A stretch of DNA of 64,000 nt, taken from positions 32,001-96,000 of the forward strand of contig JBNLAH010000003.1 of NCBI GenBank assembly GCA_050302075.1, read 5' to 3'. Position 1 is the first letter of the stretch; the number at the start of each line of letters is the position of its first letter. The notes below the pieces were generated by a model. That model was not told where the DNA came from. It saw only the letters and a list, made by a program, of their open reading frames with translations, and ran no database searches. Shown piece by piece: positions 58,338 to 64,000 of this stretch. The translations under genes were made by a program, and so were the position numbers. This stretch comes from Parachlamydiales bacterium. GTDB lineage: Bacteria; Chlamydiota; Chlamydiia; Chlamydiales; SM23-39.

Positions 58338-60756
58338 TTTCTGTAACTGCGTTTAAAAGATCATCAGGAACATTTAAAACTGAATATACAGTGACTTCTT
58401 CAGTAAAACCTTTTAATTTAACTGGATCTAATTTCTTAGTTTCTATCTTATCTTTCTCTTTTAAGTTTTGAAGGGTTTCTTCCGTAATTAAAATCTCTTT
58501 TGGCTCTGCAACTGAACATACCCTTGATGCCATGTTTACATTCGATCCCAACACAGTATAATTAAGTCTATTCTCAGCTCCCATATTGCCCGCTAAGACA
58601 ACTCCTGTATGGATGCCAATACCAATATCTACTCTTGACATATTGTTTTTAAGCCGCTCATTGTTCCAGTCTTCTATTTTTTTTCTCATAATATAAGCCG
58701 CAGCAATTGATCTCAGAACAGAGTTCTCTTTCTCAATAGGAGCTCCAAAAAGGGCCATTATTTCGTCCCCGACATATTTATCAATTACCCCTCCACATTG
58801 GTCAACTGCTTGAGAGAGCTTGGTCATGGTTACATTTAATAGGTCAATAACTTCATGTGGCTGCATATTTTCTGTCATTTTTGTAAAATGTCTAATATCT
58901 GCAAATAAGATTGTGACTGTCTTCTCTTCTCCCCCAAGCTTTACTGAGCCTTTTAAAATCTCTTCTGCAATCTGCTTCGACACCACTTTGTTTAGAACAC
59001 CTCTTACCTTCTCTTTATCTTTAAGACCTTTTACCATCTCTTTAAAAGATGTGCAAAGAGCCTTGACTTCTCTGCTATGCCCTACTGGAATCTGAGGAAG
59101 GTCTATCTGGTCAAAATGACCCGCAGCAATAGGCTCTGTCATTTTTGCAAGCTTTGATATCGGCCTTGTAACTTTTTTAGCAAGATTGTGCAAAAAAATT
59201 AGTGCAACAAAAAGAGCTATCAAGCCAATTACCCGCATAGAAAAAGTTATGCTATCAATCAAACTTGTTATTTCATTTGAAATAAAATTCACAAATGCAA
59301 AAGCGTTAGACTCTAAATCTAAAATATAAAAATGAAGGTCAGAGTCTTCATAAGGCTCCAGCTTTAGGTAATAGTAGCTGTCTCCTCCAATATTAATTAA
59401 ACCTTCTTTTCCTTTGAGTTCTTTTGAATCTATTTCATAAAAAGAAGATCTCTCTAAGTGGATTCCTTGAGGATTATAAACAGTCACTACCTTACCTTCA
59501 TGGACAAGTAATGCAAATTGATTCGCAGCTAAAGAAAGTCTTTGTAAAAGATCCGCAATATCTATTCCAAGTGATAGAAAACTATCTGGGCTATATTCTA
59601 ATGTATTTGCTATGAAAAGCTTGTCTTTTTGAGGATCAGAGACCAGTGCAATTGTCGAAGGTATCGGAAAATCTTTTTTTGGCATATTTTTTTCAAAATA
59701 TTTAGCATCAGCAAATATCTTTTTGCTTGAAAAGACCTCTGAGCTATTAACTCCATTTCCAACAGTTTTGTCCTCAAATATCATAGCAATACCTAAAGGA
59801 GCTCTATCATCTAAAGGAGATGACCCAAATAAATCCAGGTAAAGAAGAGATGTTATCTTCCACATCATCCTGACTACAACATCTTCGTTTACATTCTCAA
59901 CCAATGCTTCATTAAACTCATTCAGTATTGTCTCTGACAACGAAGGATCCATGCCTTTAAAAAAAGATGGAGGAAAAATAGGTGGCTCCGGTTTATCGGG
60001 AAACCTTTCAAATGACTTTGGGTTTTCCTCAAAATATTTCTTCAAAAATACTTTGGCTTTTTTGATTTTTTTCAAGAATAACTCTTTATAAGCCTTCATT
60101 TGGCCAACTTCTTCTTTTGAAAGAGCTTCTTTCGATGAATAAGAAATGTCACCTTCGAAATCTAAGTCTAATAAAACCCTTGGGCTATAATAGTAATATT
60201 CGTCAGGCTGCTTTTTTACTTCGTAATCAATTAAAGAAGGCGTTACTTTTTTCACTTCATCAGAGGAGATTCTGATTCCGATATAAGTCCTATCTGGCGT
60301 TTCTTCATGGAAATGTATCCAAGCTAGATCCTCATCTATCATCTTTTTCTCACATGCATTTAATGCAAATGGATCTGGGAGCAAAAGAGATGATAAGCTT
60401 CCTTGATATGTGTTTTGAATAAACCCGAGCCATTTATTTTCTAGCAAAAGCAAAGAAGAAGGGTTCCAAGACTGAAATCCTTTGCTTTTTATGAACTTTG
60501 CCCTGAGATATGAAAATTCTTGAAGGCGATATAATATTGCATCTACAGCTGCCTGAAAATCAGCTAAAACTATACCTAAAAAACTTTCAAAATGAGATCT
60601 TACTACCTCTTCTTGTTTTTTAATTTCCTTTCTAGTTTTACCTTCTGACTCTTTAAGTTGTTTATAGACTAAATTATTCTCAATAAAGTAACTGATTGTG
60701 GCGAATAGAAAAAATAAACTGCCAATCCAAATAAATAATTTAGTTCTTAACTTCAT
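58330..60756 (-). CDS. Membrane-bound class III adenylate cyclase with large extracytoplasmic domain and HAMP
   Basis: LFADIRHFT, DKYVGDEIMA, GIGIHTG, NYTVLGSNVNMASR; two TM helices; HAMP before the catalytic domain. Confidence 0.9.
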   Translation of the reverse strand: MKLRTKLFIWIGSLFFLFATISYFIENNLVYKQLKESEGKTRKEIKKQEEVVRSHFESFLGIVLADFQAAVDAILYRLQEFSYLRAKFIKSKGFQSWNPSSLLLLENKWLGFIQNTYQGSLSSLLLPDPFALNACEKKMIDEDLAWIHFHEETPDRTYIGIRISSDEVKKVTPSLIDYEVKKQPDEYYYYSPRVLLDLDFEGDISYSSKEALSKEEVGQMKAYKELFLKKIKKAKVFLKKYFEENPKSFERFPDKPEPPIFPPSFFKGMDPSLSETILNEFNEALVENVNEDVVVRMMWKITSLLYLDLFGSSPLDDRAPLGIAMIFEDKTVGNGVNSSEVFSSKKIFADAKYFEKNMPKKDFPIPSTIALVSDPQKDKLFIANTLEYSPDSFLSLGIDIADLLQRLSLAANQFALLVHEGKVVTVYNPQGIHLERSSFYEIDSKELKGKEGLINIGGDSYYYLKLEPYEDSDLHFYILDLESNAFAFVNFISNEITSLIDSITFSMRVIGLIALFVALIFLHNLAKKVTRPISKLAKMTEPIAAGHFDQIDLPQIPVGHSREVKALCTSFKEMVKGLKDKEKVRGVLNKVVSKQIAEEILKGSVKLGGEEKTVTILFADIRHFTKMTENMQPHEVIDLLNVTMTKLSQAVDQCGGVIDKYVGDEIMALFGAPIEKENSVLRSIAAAYIMRKKIEDWNNERLKNNMSRVDIGIGIHTGVVLAGNMGAENRLNYTVLGSNVNMASRVCSVAEPKEILITEETLQNLKEKDKIETKKLDPVKLKGFTEEVTVYSVLNVPDDLLNAVTENA

Positions 60757-60759
60757 ACT

Positions 60760-61848
60760 TTACACTGATGAAAAAAAGTTCTCGTATCCTTCTTGAGTTA
60801 TTAATACCATATCCTCATATCTTGCGCCACCAACTTCAGGATCATAAAGTCCAGGCTCGATGGTAATTACCATCCCAGGCTTAAGTAGAAGATCCTTATC
60901 TTCTCCATCCCACTTAATTCTAGGATATTCGTGCACTTGAATGCCTACACCATGTCCAAGAGAATGAACAAACAATTTTTCTACTCCTTCCTCAGCCATT
61001 ACTTCTCTCGCCATCTTGTCCAAATCACCCACTCGAGTTCCAGGCTTGCACACAGACAGCGCTCTGTTCTGGGCCCTTTTAACTATAGAGTACAATCTTT
61101 GAATGTCAGCTGGAGGCTCCCCTAAGAAAACCATTCTTGTCATATCAGAACAATAATCATCTACTACCACCCCTACATCAATCAAAACAGCATCGTTCTT
61201 CTGCAGTTTTGTATCTGAAGAGTTATGATGTGGAAATGCTGTGTTCTTGTTAAATGCTATAATTGGTTGGAAAGAAAGAGCTTGTGCCCCATTTTTCTTG
61301 CAAAAAAGCTCAAACTCTATCGCCACGTCTTTTTCTGTTAGACCTTCTCTTAAAAAAAGACAAATATGTTCAAATGCTCTCCAAGTAAGGTTTGCTGCTT
61401 TCTTCATAGAAGAAATTTCTTCAGCATCTTTGATTAACATTAAATTTTTTAGAGGATCGTCCACCGGAATCAGTTTAAAATCGATCACTTTTTTCTGCTC
61501 TTTAAGCCTGTCGATTAATTTCACAAGTTTCAAATATGACTTATAGCTGGTTTTTTGTGAGTTGAAAGCAATCTTTTTGCTTAGATTCGCTCCATGCTCA
61601 TTAAAAAATTCTAAAATTACCTCCTCATCTAATGACGTAACAGGATATGGACTCTTAGACTTTGCAACTGCTAAATATCTCCCGTCAACTAAAAGACGAA
61701 TGTGACTTTTCGAAATTAATAATATACCAGCACTTAAATGAAGGCCTGTTAGATATAGTAAAGAGATATGATCATCTACTAGTAAAATATCCAACTTGTT
61801 CTCATCTAAGTATTTTTGGACTCTTTCCATTCTTTTTACAAATGACAT
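60760..61848 (-). CDS. pepP: Xaa-Pro aminopeptidase (M24 family)
   Basis: DGRY, PHH, YCSDMTR, HSLGHGVGIQVHEYP, TIEPGLY, RYED. Confidence 0.9.
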   Translation of the reverse strand: MSFVKRMERVQKYLDENKLDILLVDDHISLLYLTGLHLSAGILLISKSHIRLLVDGRYLAVAKSKSPYPVTSLDEEVILEFFNEHGANLSKKIAFNSQKTSYKSYLKLVKLIDRLKEQKKVIDFKLIPVDDPLKNLMLIKDAEEISSMKKAANLTWRAFEHICLFLREGLTEKDVAIEFELFCKKNGAQALSFQPIIAFNKNTAFPHHNSSDTKLQKNDAVLIDVGVVVDDYCSDMTRMVFLGEPPADIQRLYSIVKRAQNRALSVCKPGTRVGDLDKMAREVMAEEGVEKLFVHSLGHGVGIQVHEYPRIKWDGEDKDLLLKPGMVITIEPGLYDPEVGGARYEDMVLITQEGYENFFSSV

Positions 61849-63554
61849 ATGGCAGCCTTTTTTGCTCCGAATAATTTATGTATATCTGTAGCGCTACATT
61901 GAATCAAGGTCGGTTTTCCACTTGGAGAATAAAACGGATCTTTTGCTAAAAGTAAATTTTGAAGCAAAAGTTTAGCTTCTAACTTAGAAAAATCACTCTT
62001 TGTGTTTGTCAATGACTGAGCTATTTTTTTTACTTTTTGTTCCTTGATATCACTCACTTTGTCCTTAATGCAAAACTCCTCTACAACATTCTTTACATTT
62101 TCCTCCGAAAAAAATGCAGGTATCCTGTGGATAAAAATTGTGTTAGTCCCACCTATGCTTAAATCAAATCCACTTGTCCTCAAGAAAGGTATCTTATCTT
62201 GAATCGATAAAATTTGATCTTGTGACACCTCCAACATTATTGGCACTAATAAAGATTGCATCTCAATTTGTGATGGTCCATTGGCAAGCAAAGTATTGTA
62301 GATCACTAAAGAATAAATCTCTTTTAAATCAGCAATAATAAATGCACTTTGCTTTAAGTTCAGCTTCTGAAAAAAAGACACTGATTCAATAAAACAATAT
62401 CTCTCAAAAACCTTCAGAAACTCAAAACTTATTTTCTGACTGCTCTCAAATGGAAGCTCCGCCTCAGGAGGCTTTTCTATAGCTACCTTAGGAGACTGAA
62501 AATTATAATCCATTTGAGAAGACATAGATAAGTTAAATTTTGGGGAAGGTACCTTTCTCTCAAAAGCAGCCTTAACGCATTCATATATTAGCTGTTCAAT
62601 TTCATAAATATTGCTTAAACGGATCTGCTTTTTTTGAGGATGAACGTTAAAGTCAACTTCTTTTGGGTCTAACTCAAAAAAAAGAATAAAAACTGGATAA
62701 TTATTTTCAGGTATTCTTGTCCCATAAGCTAACTGTACGATACTTGAAATCTCTAAAGACGTAACATACCTTTGATTGACATATACATACTGGTTTATTC
62801 GGTTTTTTTTATAAAACTTTGGATGAGATAAAAAACCATAAACCCTAAGCCCGTCTTTTTTTTGATCAACCCACTTTAAAGTCTCTAAAAAACTATCATT
62901 GAAAAGATCTCTAATTCTATTTGATAACATTTTATCTATACTTAATGGATAAACATTAAGTTTTAGAACTAACTTCTCATCTGTAAACAACTGAAACTGA
63001 ATGTTAAGATGTGAAAGAGAGAATTGAGTGATAAGTTTAACTATTGCAGCTGTATTTGACGCTGCAGACTTTTGAAACTTCTTACGCGCTGGAGTGTTAA
63101 AGAAAATATCTTTGACAGTAATAGTTGTCCCCCTAGTTCTGGCAATTTCTTGAAATGAGGTTATTTTTCCGCCAACAATAGTCATCTCATGGCCACATGA
63201 ACTTTCAATAGCAGATGCAATTGTAACTTTTGAAACTGCACAAACAGATGATAACGCTTCTCCTCTGAAACCCATGGTAACTAAAGCTAAAAGATCATTT
63301 ATCTCGGTAATTTTTGAAGTAGCATGTCTTAAAACACAGCTCTTGATGTCCTCCTTTTCCATGCCATCGCCATTGTCATCAACACTGATGAGCAAAAACC
63401 CACCATTTCTGATTTTAACTGTTATTTTAGTAGCATTTGCATCAATTGCATTATCGACTAGTTCTTTTACTACACTGACAGGATTTTCAATAACTTCACC
63501 TGCCGCAATTTTATTTATTACTGATTCGCTTAACTGATGTATTTTTTTTGTCAT
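61836..63554 (-). CDS. mutL: DNA mismatch repair protein MutL
   Basis: IAAGEVIENP, VKELVDNAIDA, RHATSKI, MGFRGEALSS, FFNTPARKKF, DFNVHPQK. Confidence 0.95.
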   Translation of the reverse strand: MTKKIHQLSESVINKIAAGEVIENPVSVVKELVDNAIDANATKITVKIRNGGFLLISVDDNGDGMEKEDIKSCVLRHATSKITEINDLLALVTMGFRGEALSSVCAVSKVTIASAIESSCGHEMTIVGGKITSFQEIARTRGTTITVKDIFFNTPARKKFQKSAASNTAAIVKLITQFSLSHLNIQFQLFTDEKLVLKLNVYPLSIDKMLSNRIRDLFNDSFLETLKWVDQKKDGLRVYGFLSHPKFYKKNRINQYVYVNQRYVTSLEISSIVQLAYGTRIPENNYPVFILFFELDPKEVDFNVHPQKKQIRLSNIYEIEQLIYECVKAAFERKVPSPKFNLSMSSQMDYNFQSPKVAIEKPPEAELPFESSQKISFEFLKVFERYCFIESVSFFQKLNLKQSAFIIADLKEIYSLVIYNTLLANGPSQIEMQSLLVPIMLEVSQDQILSIQDKIPFLRTSGFDLSIGGTNTIFIHRIPAFFSEENVKNVVEEFCIKDKVSDIKEQKVKKIAQSLTNTKSDFSKLEAKLLLQNLLLAKDPFYSPSGKPTLIQCSATDIHKLFGAKKAAICHL

Positions 63555-63591
63555 TAGATATATATTTGGTAAAAAAGATTTAGGTTTACTT

Positions 63592-64000
63592 TTGAAGAAG
63601 TTACTTCTCTTAGTTTTGACTACCTTTTCATTAAATGCTTTTTACGTAGGAAATATTGCTGAACCTGCAATTTTGGAAAAAGGTATTTTTAGTGATAAGG
63701 ATCCTTGGATAAAAGTTCAAACTGGTTACCTCGTTGATTTTGTTAACGATAAAAAGCTAGTATCAGACCATAACATTGTAGCTGTTGGCAATGAAAATCG
63801 CATTAACGATTTTGAAATCATCTCTAATATGGGAAAAGTCTCTGTGACTTTTAGAGAAAGGATGGAAGTCTATGGCATGTTTGGTCAGTCTGCTGTTAAA
63901 CTAAATTGGTTTGCCAGCACCCCAAACAATGATGATGGGCAATTTCTAAAAATTGAGTCTGAATATAATTTTTCTTGGATAACAGGGATAAAGGTCATCC
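63592..64000 (+). CDS. Chlamydial major outer membrane protein (OmpA/MOMP)-like porin, N-terminal part (runs off the right edge)
   Basis: Not in the ORF track. Translation from TTG 63592 gives MKKLLLLVLTTFSLNAFYVGNIAEPAILEKGIF...GYLVDFVNDKKL, echoing the MOMP motifs LPVGNPAEP and GYYGDFVFDRVL; frame open to the window end. Confidence 0.7.
   Translation, partial: MKKLLLLVLTTFSLNAFYVGNIAEPAILEKGIFSDKDPWIKVQTGYLVDFVNDKKLVSDHNIVAVGNENRINDFEIISNMGKVSVTFRERMEVYGMFGQSAVKLNWFASTPNNDDGQFLKIESEYNFSWITGIKVI

Noticed and set aside
422..63537. Many 60-126 aa ORFs antisense to or nested within recognised genes
   Set aside because: No RBS or motifs; consistent with shadow ORFs of well-supported genes.

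Overview
AT-rich bacterial chromosomal segment, most likely from an environmental member of phylum Chlamydiota. Evidence: a very long chlamydial-type PBP2 beside tRNA-Gly/rpsB, a MOMP/OmpA-like gene at the right edge, Lpg1974-like cysteine-containing outer-membrane proteins, an OmcA-like Cys-rich lipoprotein, and the ruvC-ruvA-mnmE-nth/psd/secA and lpdA-lipA gene orders. The left end carries de novo purine genes (purM-purL-purQ). About 4.7-21.2 kb is accessory: a Cys-rich lipoprotein, a methyltransferase with a signal peptide, an IspD/TarI-SDR fusion, an internally duplicated orphan with a frameshifted tail, three tandem outer-membrane paralogs (two almost identical over ~1.04 kb), a photolyase, and several orphan effector-like genes. 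Immediately downstream of tRNA-Glu/tRNA-Lys lies a 60-aa FDLD-leader, Cys/Ser/Thr-rich lanthipeptide-precursor-like peptide followed by a membrane-anchored, PDZ-less S41 peptidase resembling nisin resistance protein; this is the most interesting candidate system, and no LanB/LanC is present in the window. The rest is mostly core: rpsB-tsf-frr (no pyrH), wza/wzc-like and UDP-sugar genes, nnr, gpsA, GT9 transferases, secA, glgC, pseudopilin-like genes interrupted by an OPT transporter, and a mutL-pepP-adenylate cyclase-histidine kinase operon. No CRISPR array, integrase or transposase was seen. All product calls come from motif recognition by eye; no database searches were run.
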